64,000 nt of DNA, taken from an uncultured Phycisphaerales bacterium. Its GTDB lineage: Bacteria; Planctomycetota; Phycisphaerae; Tepidisphaerales; Tepidisphaeraceae. The stretch covers positions 2,112,001-2,176,000 of the forward strand of contig CAVWVQ010000003.1 of the NCBI GenBank assembly GCA_963758525.1, in the 5' to 3' direction. How positions within the stretch are numbered: the stretch's first letter is position 1; the number at the start of each line of letters is the position of its first letter. This document shows, piece by piece, positions 40,834 to 54,669 of this stretch. The translations under genes were made by a program, and so were the position numbers. Below the pieces are notes generated by a model, which was not told the DNA's origin, did not search any database, and was given only the letters and a program-made list of their open reading frames with translations.

Positions 40834-43016
40834 TCATCCCACGCGCACGAGCTTGGCGTGTTCGAGAAAAATGATCTTTCTTCCCGCACGGTCAAAGTCG
40901 ATCTCCGCGCGGCCCCCGCTGCTCGTCTGAGACAACTCGGCAATGCGACCCAATCCGAACATGGGATGGCGGACGCGCTGTCCCAGACGGAAACCGAAAT
41001 TCGCATCATCTTCGCCCTCCTCATCGGGAACATACCTCGGCCCAAGGTCACTGATGCCCGTCCGGTCGAGAATCTTCAGCGACTCGATGGGAAGCTCCTG
41101 AAGGAACGGCGAGGAGATCGTGCGGGATCGCATGCCGCGAATGGTGCGCACGGCCGCCTTCGAGAGCAGCAGGCGCTCCTGCGCCCGCGTGATGCCGACG
41201 AAGCAAAGCCGGCGCTCCTCCTCCAATTGCTTGTGGTCTTCGCGGGCGCGAGAGTGCGGAAGGATCCCATCTTCCATTCCGATCATCGCGACCACCGGGA
41301 ACTCAAGCCCCTTGGCAGCATGCAGGGTCATGAGCGTGACCGCGCCCCCAGCCCCTTTCATGTGGTCGGCATCGCTCACCAGGCTGATGATCCCCAGGTA
41401 GTCGCCAAGCGAACCCTCCGGATTTTCCTGGTCGTACTCGGCCGCGGAAGAAATCAGCTCGTTGACGTTGGCAAGTTCATCCTGCTCGTCGCCGCCAATG
41501 TCCTCGAGAAGTTTCTCGTACCCGCTCTCGCGCAATACGCGCTCGATAAAGCCGCGCACCCCCTGCGCGCGGCGAGCGCACCGCGCCAGGATGCGACAAG
41601 TTGAACAAACTGCCCGGCCGATTTGACGGCCCGCGTCGAAACGCCCGGCACGCTCCCGGCTTGTTCCAGCGCTTCCCAGACGCTGATGCCGCGGACGGCG
41701 GCGAAGTCGGCAATCTTCTGCACCGCCGCGTCCCCCAAGCCGCGCGTCGGCACGTTGATAATGCGGGTCAGACTCACCTCATCAGCCGGGTTAACCACGG
41801 TGCGGAGATAAGCCAGGACGTCTTTGATTTCCTTGCGGTTGTAGAACTCGACGCCACGGGCGATCTGGTAGGGAACATTGGCCCGTCGGAGGGAATCTTC
41901 CATCACGCGCGTCAGGGCGTTCATCCGGTAGAAGATCGCCATCTGGCTCCAGGCATAGCCGTTGTCGTCGTGAAGTTTGCGAAGCTGATGCATGATGACA
42001 TCGGCCTCGTCGTGCTCGTTTTGGCACAGAAAGACCGTGGCATTTTCCCCCTGTGCGTTCTCGGTCCAGAGCTTTTTGTCCTTGCGCCGACGGTTGTTGG
42101 CGATCAGCTTCGATGCAATCTGCAGGATGGTTTTGGTCGAGCGGTAGTTTTGCTCGAGGCGGACGATTTTGGCGTCTGGGTAGTCGGTCTCGAAATCGAG
42201 GATGTTCTGGATGTCGGCTCCACGCCAGGCGTAGATCGACTGATCCGGATCGCCCACCACGCAGATATTGCGATGACGCAACGCCAACGCGTGAGCGAGG
42301 ATGTATTGCACGTGGTTGGTGTCCTGATATTCGTCGATCAGGAGGTACTGAAAACGGTCCTGAAGTTCCCGCAACACGTCCGGGAAGTCGCGAAGTGCCT
42401 GGGCGGTCCGCAGCAGCAGATCGTCGAAATCCAGGGCATTGTTTTGCTTCAGAAGCTGCTGATACTTCGCATAGATCCTGGCGACGGTACGTGGGTAAAA
42501 GTCGCGGGCCGCATCGGCGTATGCCTCGGGCGTGAGCAACTGATTCTTGGCGTTGCTGATCGTTCCATGCACCGTCGCCGGGGGGAAATTCGTGCTGGAA
42601 ATATCCAGCAGCTTGATCGCTTCCTTGATCAACTTGTTCTGATCGGCGGTATCAAAGATCGTGAAGTTGGCAGGCAACCCAATCTGCGGCGCGTAATGCT
42701 TGAGGATGCGCAGACACAGTGAGTGAAATGTGCAGATCATCGGCCAGGGCTGATCGAGCCGGCCGAAGTCGCGCAGCGGGCGCGACATGGCGGCAGAGAC
42801 GCGAGATTTCATCTCGCCTGCCGCTTTATTCGTGAAGGTAATAGCCGCGATCGTGTGCGGTTGAATGCCCTGTGCGATCAGATAGGCGACCCGCCGTGTG
42901 ATGACCCTCGTTTTGCCGCTGCCGGCCCCCGCAATGATCAACAGCGGCCCGTCCACGTGCGTGGCGGCCTGCCGTTGCGCTTCCGTCAGATCTTCCAGGA
43001 GCTCTTCGGCGTTCAT
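40834..43016 (-). CDS. uvrD: UvrD/PcrA SF1 DNA helicase; apparent frameshift near 41560
   Basis: AGAGSGKT, DEYQDTN, VGDPDQSIY, TLHAAKGLEF and EERRLCFVGITRA. Confidence 0.92.
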
Positions 43017-43064
43017 TCACCGAACTATAGCGACGCGACGCAGGGGCGGAAACCCTGCTCACGA

Positions 43065-43125
43065 AACCCGAATGACGAAACCAGAAACGAGAATCAAATC
43101 CAAATGACGAATGATCGAATGACGA
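43065..43125. repeat. GAATGACGAA-type repeat (family E)
   Basis: Three AATGACGAA units; related to the 44366-44572 element. Confidence 0.6.
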
Positions 43126-43157
43126 AGCGACGACTCAAGCGTATCCTCACGGCCGGC

Positions 43158-43529
43158 CTACTCCGGCGGACAATAGGCTTCCAACTCGGTGAGGAATTCG
43201 TACAGCGCGACAGCGGAGTTATGCTCGGGATCGTCGCCCTGATGAAGCAAGGTGATCCCGTCCGACCGCCCGACACAGGCGAGTTGCTGCAGGACGGCGC
43301 GATACGGGCCGTGGCGGAGGCACTCGTGGTAACGGCCGCGGAAATAGTCATAGCCGTCGGGATGCTCGTCGAACCAGTTCCACAACTCGCGCGGCGGGCC
43401 AAGGTGCGGGAGGACGTGATTGACTCTGCACCAGTCGCGCAGATCGCGCGTCAGTGCGATCGATTCAACCCAAATCCTCTGCCCATCGTCGGACTCAATG
43501 TTGTCCAGGAAATGTTTCACCTTGATCAT
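43158..43529 (-). CDS. DUF488/YeaO family protein
   Basis: DDGQRIWV, LGPPRELWNWF, FRGRY and HNSAVAL. Confidence 0.75.
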   Translation of the reverse strand: MIKVKHFLDNIESDDGQRIWVESIALTRDLRDWCRVNHVLPHLGPPRELWNWFDEHPDGYDYFRGRYHECLRHGPYRAVLQQLACVGRSDGITLLHQGDDPEHNSAVALYEFLTELEAYCPPE

Positions 43530-43644
43530 GGCTTGGCTCCGCGGGCGTCCGTGCCGAAAGGATTCTCCTGATAATAAGACGCACAAAAGATCGTGAAGTT
43601 ACACACGGTTGCGGAATTTTGTTGGCTCCTCTACAACCGCCTCA

Positions 43645-44349
43645 ATGCCTCTGTTCCATGCAGTCGCCGGGGTAAGCTCACTTCCGCGTCAACCGCTTCG
43701 CACCACTGTCGCGTTGCTTGGCGTCTTCTTGCTAAATGCAAGTTGCATGCCGGGTTTTCCCCCGGCGGGAAAGCTGATTCCCCTGCGCCTGGAAGAGCCA
43801 AAAGACGCCGCTTTGACGTTCGTGCGCGCGATCGGGGCGGGTGACGTGGAGACTGCCAAGGCGGCATCCCTTGGCACGGATCGGCAGAAGCGATGGGCCA
43901 TCGATACGGCCAACATGGTCAATGGACTACGGGCCTTTGACGATGCCATGAACGCGCATTTCGGACCGGACGCGGCTTCCGTTCACATGAACATTCTCAA
44001 CGCGCTCAACTCCCTGACGGTCGATCCTGAAAACGCGGTCACTAACGCAGAAGTCCGAATGAGCGACGACCAGCTCAGTGCCAAGCTGGTGGCAGCCTCA
44101 CAGATCTACGCCACGCATATGTTTTACGCTTCGCGGGTCCGGAAGGATCCCGCGGGTTGGAAGGTCGACCTGCCGGCGATCCTGGCAAATGATCCGCAGT
44201 TCGCCGCGAAAAACGACTCGCCCGATCTGGACCGGCTGGCCGAGATCGGCTCATCAATGCGCAAGCTGGCCGCCCAGATCAAAGCCGGCGCATATCCAAC
44301 TGTGGAGAAGGCCGAGGCCGCCGCGGGGGAGATTGCGCCGCAGGAGTGA
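43645..44349 (+). CDS. Hypothetical exported protein, possible lipoprotein
   Basis: Hydrophobic stretch ending LLNASC; GWKVD near the C-terminus. Confidence 0.55.
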   Translation: MPLFHAVAGVSSLPRQPLRTTVALLGVFLLNASCMPGFPPAGKLIPLRLEEPKDAALTFVRAIGAGDVETAKAASLGTDRQKRWAIDTANMVNGLRAFDDAMNAHFGPDAASVHMNILNALNSLTVDPENAVTNAEVRMSDDQLSAKLVAASQIYATHMFYASRVRKDPAGWKVDLPAILANDPQFAAKNDSPDLDRLAEIGSSMRKLAAQIKAGAYPTVEKAEAAAGEIAPQE

Positions 44350-44365
44350 GGGGTTTCGGAACACA

Positions 44366-44564
44366 AATCCGAATGACGCCACCGTATGTCAAAACCCCAA
44401 TGACGAAGTCCGAATGACGAAACGGGGCGTTGACGAACCAGGCAGGCTTGAGTGATCCGGCCTACCTCGTCAGGAACGCGTTCATGTTCGAGGAACCGGA
44501 CATGCGAAATCCGTCTCGACATTCGTCATACGGGCTTCGGATTTGATTCTGGTTTCAGGTTTCG

Positions 44565-44572
<8 letters not shown>
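44366..44572. repeat. Inverted AATGACGAA element (family E) between convergent genes
   Basis: AATGACG units at 44366-44421 and inverse TTCGTCAT units at 44521-44572, the last overlapping the carB stop. Confidence 0.65.
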
Positions 44573-48137
<3,565 letters not shown>

Positions 48138-48344
48138 GGCTTTTTTGTATTTCCGGAGAAAATCCGAGGTACTGTAGCGGGCTGATTCCGGAAGTCCAAA
48201 GCCTTCGTTCCGTGCCGCCACATCAACCTGAAAACTGCTCTAAACTAAATGAGTGTGCGCGAGTAGGCGCACGTGCGCAACACTTCCGCTGACCCTCGGG
48301 GCAGCCACTAACGATTTGGGGAACGCGTTGTCGCGCAAGCTGAT

Positions 48345-49163
48345 TTAGTTTGGCTTGGCCACCTCATCGCAGATCACGGTGAAGCTCGACAGCGTATTGG
48401 GTCCGAAGGTGGTGCTGATGGCCACGTCCACGGCGTCGCGGCCGCGCGCAATCAGCACGCGGCCAATGCGGGGGATGTTGTTTCGCGGGTCGAAGGTGTG
48501 CCACTGGCCGCCGAGGTACGCCTCGAACCAGCCGGCGAAATCCATCGGGCCGTACGGCGGCGGCGTGCCCATGTCGCCGAGATACCCGGTGCAGTAGCGG
48601 GCGGGAATGTTCATGCACCGGCAGAACGCGACGGCCAGATGCGCGTAATCACGGCAGACGCCGATGCCTTCGTTGTAAGCTTCAAACGCGGTGCGCGTGG
48701 CCCGGGCCTGCATGTAGTCAAACTTGATATGGTTGTGAACGAAGTCGCAGATCGCCTGCACGCGCCCCCAGCCGAGCGGCGAACTTGCAAAGAGCTTCCA
48801 GGCGATGTCAGCGAGCAGTTCCGTTTCGCAATACCGGCTGGCCATCAGAAAAACGAGCGAATCTTCCGGCAGTTCCGTGATCAGATGCTGACGCGCTCCA
48901 TACACCGGCGCCGGCTCCGCGAGCCCGGTTGCCCGCACGATCGCTGAGGTGCTGATCGTCGTTCGACCCGCGGGCATTTCCAGCCGGCTGCACCAGTTGC
49001 CGAATCCGTCGCGGTAACTCGAAACACCCACAAGCGGATTCACGGTCAACACATCGGAGGTCACGATGTCATTTGCATGGCTGTAATGGATGTTGAGCAT
49101 CAGCAGCGTTGGCGTCGGCTGCGGGCAGTCGTAGACCAGTTCATAGCCGACTTTGATGTACAT
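48345..49163 (-). CDS. Transglutaminase-like protein
   Basis: GVCRDYAHL, IPARYCTGY, FDP and GRDAVDV. Confidence 0.88.
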   Translation of the reverse strand: MYIKVGYELVYDCPQPTPTLLMLNIHYSHANDIVTSDVLTVNPLVGVSSYRDGFGNWCSRLEMPAGRTTISTSAIVRATGLAEPAPVYGARQHLITELPEDSLVFLMASRYCETELLADIAWKLFASSPLGWGRVQAICDFVHNHIKFDYMQARATRTAFEAYNEGIGVCRDYAHLAVAFCRCMNIPARYCTGYLGDMGTPPPYGPMDFAGWFEAYLGGQWHTFDPRNNIPRIGRVLIARGRDAVDVAISTTFGPNTLSSFTVICDEVAKPN

Positions 49164-49374
49164 CACGTTGCTCGCCTTTCGCCGCAGTACGGCAATAAAC
49201 ATCTCTGCCGTCGGCGCGCCCGCCGCGGTGTTTTTTCTCGTGGATAAATGCTTTCCAGAGAAATCCCCGCCGCGGATCATACTCGGAATCGGAGGCTGCC
49301 GCTGAAGAAATCCGAGCCCGCGGCACCGGAGACGCGATAATTTTTTGTGCCGTCAAAAAAGTGCACTCGAATAG

Positions 49375-49650
49375 TTGGTGCCATTTGCATTCGATGGCTG
49401 CGGTAAAATGGAAGTCGATTTTCTTGCGGCCGAATCGCGCTTCGTGATCGAGCTGGACGGGGGCCAGCATCTCGCCGACGCCGATGCGTATCGGCGCGAT
49501 CGGCGGAAAGACCGATTGCTGCAGGAGAATGGTTACCTGGTGCTGCGGTTTCTGGCGGAAGATGTCGGAGAGCATTTGGACGATGTGCTGGATGCGATCA
49601 TGCGGGCACTTTCAAACCGGGATCGTCGACGTGAGCAACGGCAAAAATAA
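49375..49650 (+). pseudogene. DUF559/Vsr-like endonuclease domain, probably a 3' fragment
   Basis: VDF..IELDGGQH..RDRRKD..GYLVLRF. Confidence 0.6.
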
Positions 49651-49688
49651 ACTTCTCCGCCGAGAAACTTTCGGCCATAATGCATTTC

Positions 49689-49901
49689 ATGCCAGAAACT
49701 GAAGTCATTCAGATACATGTGACTCCTGAGTTGCGTCAGCGGATCGAAACTGAGGCGGCCAAGCTCAATTTGTCGCTGTCGGCGTACATTCTCTATCTGC
49801 ACGCCCGCATGACTCCGGGCCAGGATACGGCGCGCCTCGACCGTCATGTGCATGAAGTTTTTGGGCGTCATGGGGATCTGATGCGAAGGCTCGCAAAGTG
49901 A
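49689..49901 (+). CDS. Probable ribbon-helix-helix antitoxin
   Basis: IQIHVTPELRQRIETEAAKLNLSLSAYI; GTGA overlap with a doc-like fragment. Confidence 0.65.
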   Translation: MPETEVIQIHVTPELRQRIETEAAKLNLSLSAYILYLHARMTPGQDTARLDRHVHEVFGRHGDLMRRLAK

Positions 49902-50041
49902 ACTCCGCGCCGCGCTTCCTCACCGTCGCCGAGATATTGATCCTGCATGCAATCGCGATCGAAGACCAAGGCGGAGACGCATCCGTTCGAAATCGCGGCT
50001 TGCTTGAATCTGCCGTCGCGGCACCCGGCCAACGGGTGTAA
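49898..50041 (+). pseudogene. Truncated Doc/Fic toxin
   Basis: FLTVAEILILH..GG..VRNRGLLESAVAAP then TAA; no HPFxxGNxR motif. Confidence 0.7.
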
Positions 50042-50074
50042 CTTTTATTTGTGGCGATTGCAGATTTTGCGATC

Positions 50075-50142
50075 GTAGGGCGGGATTCATCCCGCCGTTT
50101 TCTCAGCCGGCCAACAAATCGGCGGGATGAATCCCGCCCTAC
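50075..50142. repeat. GTAG-type REPIN (family F)
   Basis: GTAGGGCGGGATTCATCCCGCC..GGCGGGATGAATCCCGCCCTAC. Confidence 0.85.
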
Positions 50143-50245
50143 TCGGAGCCGATCGCCACTTTCGAGCGCCACACCCCGGCCAACAGTTTTCTGGACAATA
50201 CCTTCACGAAGATATCAAGTCATCGGTACCATTCGAAGCTTTGAT

Positions 50246-51046
50246 TCAACTCTCCTTCCTCACCGGATTCTCCAGCCTCCCGATCACATCCAATTCCACC
50301 ACGACCGTATCCCCGTCCTTCATCCACACGGGCGGTGTTCTGGCGAACCCGACGCCGTGCGGCGTTCCTGTGAGAATCACGGCACCAGGTCTTAGCGTCA
50401 TCGTGCTGCTGAGACTTTCGATCAAGGCTGGCACGTCGAAGATCATGTCGGCGGTCGTGTGATCCTGCATGGTTTTGCCGTTGAGATAGCAGCGGATGCC
50501 CAGATTGTTGGGATTGGGAATTTCCTCTTTGGTGACGATGGCGGGGCCGAGCGGGCAGAAGCCGTCGAAGCTTTTGCCGCGGGCAAACTGGCCGCCCCCG
50601 AGGGATTTTTCGCGCTGCCAGTCGCGGGCGGAAACGTCGTTGGCGCAGGTGTAGCCCAGCACGTAGTCCAGCGCGCTTTCCCTGCTGACGTCTTTGGCAG
50701 TCTTCCCAATCACGACGGCCAACTCGGCTTCGTAGTCGATCTGGCTGCTGCGGCGTGGCAGCGGGATCGGATCGAAGGGATTGGCCAGCGTGTTGCTCGC
50801 CTTGATGAAGAGCATCGGATTGACCGGAATGCTCGATCCGCCCTCCTCGGCGTGCTGCCGATAATTGAGGCCGATGCAGAGGATGTCGGTCGGGATGAGC
50901 GGAGCCAGCAGCTTGTCGATTCGGACCTGCGTGTCGGTCAGCCGATGCGGGGCGAATAGATCGCCCTCAATCAGCCTTGCGGACGTGGCGTCGATGGGTT
51001 GGCCGAAATGAACTTCGCCGGCGGAGAGGAAGCGGATGATGCGCAT
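50246..51046 (-). CDS. Fumarylacetoacetate hydrolase family protein
   Basis: CIGLNY, DYEAELAVVIG, NDVSARD, GKSFDGF and LTGTP.GVG. Confidence 0.92.
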   Translation of the reverse strand: MRIIRFLSAGEVHFGQPIDATSARLIEGDLFAPHRLTDTQVRIDKLLAPLIPTDILCIGLNYRQHAEEGGSSIPVNPMLFIKASNTLANPFDPIPLPRRSSQIDYEAELAVVIGKTAKDVSRESALDYVLGYTCANDVSARDWQREKSLGGGQFARGKSFDGFCPLGPAIVTKEEIPNPNNLGIRCYLNGKTMQDHTTADMIFDVPALIESLSSTMTLRPGAVILTGTPHGVGFARTPPVWMKDGDTVVVELDVIGRLENPVRKES

Positions 51047-51192
51047 GCAATGAGGGTATTTGAGAGACCGCGGAGGGGCAAAAGAAAAAAACCGGGCCGG
51101 CCTGTTGAATTTGCATTCGCTGGGCCGGCCCGGGTGGGTTGTTGAGCTTTTTCGCTTGTGGCGACCGCAGGGGTTTCGCTTCGAGTAGCTCG

Positions 51193-51223
51193 ATACGCGC
51201 TCCGCTGCGCGTCGCGGCTTACC
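51193..51223. repeat. Single REP (family D)
   Basis: ATACGCGCTCCGCTGCGCGTCGCGGCTTACC. Confidence 0.7.
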
Positions 51224-51240
51224 GGGAAGAGGGTCGTTGC

Positions 51241-52074
51241 CTAGGCTCTGTCTGACGGATCGAGAACCCTCAGGTATTTCAGCATGATAGCGAGTTTGGC
51301 GAAGCTCAAGAAGTTAAGAGCCAGCTTCTCATAGCGTGTTCCCAGCCGACGACATTCCTTGAGCCATCCGATAGCACACTCGATGCGGCTTCGTTTGCGG
51401 TAGCTGCTTTTATCGAATCGCTCGCCCTTTGGTCGTGGCTGATTGGATTTGCGCGGGATGACGGCTTCGATCCCGCAATCGGCCAGGAACTGGCGAACGG
51501 TTTCGTAGCTGTACCCTTTGTCGCCCGCGATCTTCCCCGGCCAGCCGATGTGCAGGGGCGCTGCACCGCGTGCATCACCTTGTGGAGCTGCGTGGATTCG
51601 TGCGTTTGCCCCGCGGTAACGGTGACGGCGAGCACAAGGCCCTTTCCGTCAGTAACCACGTGGAACTTTGATCCCCATCCGCCGCGCGAGCGGCCCAGCG
51701 CGTGGTCGGCCGGTTCGAAGTCGAGGCCGCGCCCCCTTTGCGCGCCCGGCGGCAGCGCGAGAAGCACGCACATTGGAGCCGTCGACGAGCCAGAGATCCC
51801 AATCGATCTTGCCCTCCTTGTTGAGTCGAATCCGCAGTGCTTTGAGGATGCGATCGAAGAAGCCTTCGCGCCGCCAGCGGTTGAAGCGATCATAGACGCT
51901 CTTCCATTTCCCGTAGCGTTCGGGCATGTCTCGCCATGGAGCTCCGGAGCGAAGAATCCAGAGCATCCCATTGAGCGTGATGCGGTGGTCGTTCCATCGT
52001 CCGCCACGTTTTTGTACGGGGAAAAGTGCCTTGATCAGGTTCCAGTGATCATCCGTGAGTTCATAGTGCGCCAT
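51241..52074 (-). CDS. IS5 transposase spread over several frames (shifts near 51735 and 51550)
   Basis: ELTDDHW, LRSGAPWRDMPERYG, LGRSRGGWGSKFH and GDKGYS. Confidence 0.85.
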
Positions 52075-52163
52075 GTGTCCTCCATGTGGAGAACATCATG
52101 ACGATCATAGAAGAATGCGCAACACCTAACGAGCGCCGAACATTCGATCCGTCAGACAGAGCC
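51244..52163 (-). mobile_element. IS5 family element (IS427-like), 920 bp
   Basis: 20-bp perfect TIR GGCTCTGTCTGACGGATCGA with TA duplicated at a CTAG site. Confidence 0.9.
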
Positions 52164-52552
52164 TAGCGGCCGTAGTGGTAGCGGTAACCGCCGTGGTAGC
52201 CGCCGCCATGGTAGTACCCACCACCGTGGTAGTACCCGCCGCCGTAACCGTAGTGAAAATAGACTGGCGGCGCGAAGTACACCGGAGGGGCAACGACCAC
52301 GGGGCTGGAGTAATAAACCGGCGGGGGCGAGGTGTAGACCGGGCCGCTGTCATATGTCGGCGCGGGGTCGGTGGCTACCGGAGGCGGGCAGTAAACCGGA
52401 GGCGGAGTCACCACAACCGGGGGCGGCGCCACGACCACCGGAACGGGGAGGAACGGGATCGGAATTCCGAAGAAGAAGCCGAAATGCGGGTGTGCGGACG
52501 CGACTGCGGGAACCGCACCAAGCACCAGACCGGCCAGCCATGTGTGTTTCAT
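52163..52552 (-). CDS. Secreted Pro-rich, Gly/Tyr/His-rich low-complexity protein
   Basis: Signal-like N-terminus, PPPVVV/PPVY repeats and GGYYHG repeats. Confidence 0.7.
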   Translation of the reverse strand: MKHTWLAGLVLGAVPAVASAHPHFGFFFGIPIPFLPVPVVVAPPPVVVTPPPVYCPPPVATDPAPTYDSGPVYTSPPPVYYSSPVVVAPPVYFAPPVYFHYGYGGGYYHGGGYYHGGGYHGGYRYHYGR

Positions 52553-52691
52553 AAATGCTCCTTTACAGTATGAAGACACACCACCCTTGCCGGGGGTTAG
52601 TCGCATTCTCAAAGAGGACAGCCGCGGGAATTTGTGCGCGTGCTGGGGCGCAAGTGCCGTTATTCAGATAGAAGGATTTTCTAATCCCTTT

Positions 52692-53819
52692 TTATCCCGG
52701 CGGGTTCTCGATGACGAGATTATCGCGATGCACGACTTCGTCATACGCCGCTTCCGCGAGAAGCTCCCGGACAGCCGGCGTGCGCTTGCCCCGGATCCGC
52801 TCGACCTGCTCTGCGGAATAGTTGCATAAGCCGCGCCCGATCAGCACGCCGTCTCCCGACCGAATTGCGACGACGTCGCCGCGGGCGAAGGAGCCCTCAA
52901 CGCCAACGATGCCGGCGGGAAGCAGACTGCGATGCTGCTGCCTCAGGGCGCGGGCGGCGCCGTCGTCAACGACGATGGCTCCGGCCGGCCGGACGCTGCC
53001 GATCCAACGGCTGCGGCTCGACAGCTTTCGCCCCGCCGGCAGAAACAGGGTGCCGAGCCCTTCTCCGTCGAGCAGGCGCGGGAGAATATTTTCCATCCTC
53101 CCGTCGGCAATCACCATCGCCTCGCCCGATTCGCTGATCATGCGGGCGGCCTCGAGCTTCGAGCTGAAACCGCCTTTCCCCAGCGGCGACTTTTCCGCGC
53201 GCACCAGCGCGTGCGCGTCGGCCACGTGATCTACCAGCCGCAGCGGCTCGCCATCCGGATCGAGCAGGCCGTCCACCACCGAAAGCAGGACCAGCAACTC
53301 CGCCCGCAGCGCGTGCGTCACCAGCGCGGCGAGGATGTCATTATCGCCGAAACTGATCTTCACCAATTCGTCAGTGCTGATCGTGTCATTCTCATTGATG
53401 ATCGGCACAGCCCCCAGCTCGTGGCAGGCATGAATGGTGTTGCGCAGATTCAGAAAACGGGCGCGGTCCTCGATGTCCTCGCGCGTCAGCAGCACCTGAG
53501 CGACGGGAAGCGCGGATTTGGCGAACGCAGCCGCCCACACGTCCATCAGCCGTCGCTGTCCGACGGCGGCCACCGCCTGCAGCTTGCCCAGATCGGTCGG
53601 ACGCGCGGAAAGCTTCAGCTCACGCAACCCTGCTCCGATGGCGCCGGAGCTGACGATCGTGATCTGCATTCCGCGCTGGCGCAGCGATCCGATCTGCTCC
53701 GCAATCCGCCCGATGAACGCGGCATCGAGCTGCCCCGCCGAGTCGGTCAGGAGTTGGGTGCCAAGCTTGACGACCAGCATGCGGACCGAAGCGAGGATGG
53801 CGCGGGGCGGCGAATTCAT
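52692..53819 (-). CDS. proB: Glutamate 5-kinase
   Basis: VVKLGT, VSSGAIG, AAVGQ, INENDT, GDND and a C-terminal PUA domain. Confidence 0.95.
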   Translation of the reverse strand: MNSPPRAILASVRMLVVKLGTQLLTDSAGQLDAAFIGRIAEQIGSLRQRGMQITIVSSGAIGAGLRELKLSARPTDLGKLQAVAAVGQRRLMDVWAAAFAKSALPVAQVLLTREDIEDRARFLNLRNTIHACHELGAVPIINENDTISTDELVKISFGDNDILAALVTHALRAELLVLLSVVDGLLDPDGEPLRLVDHVADAHALVRAEKSPLGKGGFSSKLEAARMISESGEAMVIADGRMENILPRLLDGEGLGTLFLPAGRKLSSRSRWIGSVRPAGAIVVDDGAARALRQQHRSLLPAGIVGVEGSFARGDVVAIRSGDGVLIGRGLCNYSAEQVERIRGKRTPAVRELLAEAAYDEVVHRDNLVIENPPG

Positions 53820-53824
53820 CTTGT

Positions 53825-54433
53825 TCACGTGCTGCCCAGAATTGCGTCCGCGATCAGGATAATCAAGAAGCCGGTAAGAAACGTGAAGACAAAAATGGCG
53901 GTCACGTCGACGAACTCGGCTACATCCCCTCGCACAGCCGCCGATACCAGCGCCAGCAGGATGAACGCCAGGGGGATGCCGCAACCGATGCGACGCCCCA
54001 TGGCTGCCGCGCGCCGGCCCTCGGGATTGAGCCGCCCAATCGTGCCGAGAATGATTGCTGCCAGGGTCAGCAGCAGCGCGATCGCCATCGCGCCCAGCAC
54101 CACGATGAAGTCAACCGGCGTCTGGCCGATCATTGCATTGGATGACCCAAGGAGGATGGCCGCGACGATCGCACTTGCGATTGCGCAGACGGCGGCAACG
54201 CCGAGCCACATGGCAATCGGACCGACGTTCCGACTCACGCGCGTCGGACGCTGTCCGAGCGGTCGCCGCACGCGTCGCTGGGAATATGCAACCGCCTGAC
54301 CGGGTGCCCACGACAATTCCGGAGGCTCGGACGGAATGGCGTCGGCGGGCCAATCACTGATCGTATCGGAGACGGGATTCGTATCATCCGTGTCGCCCCG
54401 CGGCCCGCTCTCGACAGATTCTTCCCCTGGCAT
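53825..54433 (-). CDS. Hypothetical membrane protein
   Basis: Four hydrophobic segments. Confidence 0.6.
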   Translation of the reverse strand: MPGEESVESGPRGDTDDTNPVSDTISDWPADAIPSEPPELSWAPGQAVAYSQRRVRRPLGQRPTRVSRNVGPIAMWLGVAAVCAIASAIVAAILLGSSNAMIGQTPVDFIVVLGAMAIALLLTLAAIILGTIGRLNPEGRRAAAMGRRIGCGIPLAFILLALVSAAVRGDVAEFVDVTAIFVFTFLTGFLIILIADAILGST

Positions 54434-54510
54434 GATCAGCATCGTAACCGAGAGTTCAGTTGAGATGGCACGTTACAAGCACGCCTGATCTGCGAAGTAG
54501 ATCGGCGTCC

Positions 54511-54654
54511 CCCGTGGCATGGGCGTCCCGCGCGTCCCGCCCATGCAGGCTGCGCTTGAGGTAAATCAATTCAAGTTCCTGTGATCTTTATTCTGCAAAC
54601 CGCCGCTTCTCTCTCTTCCACGTCGTTCAGACGGGCAGGATGCCCGTGCCACGC
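54511..54654. repeat. REPIN (family C)
   Basis: CCGTGGCATGGGCGTCCCGCGCGTCCCGCCCATG..ACGGGCAGGATGCCCGTGCCACG. Confidence 0.8.
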
Positions 54655-54669
54655 GGATCCCAGAAAAGG

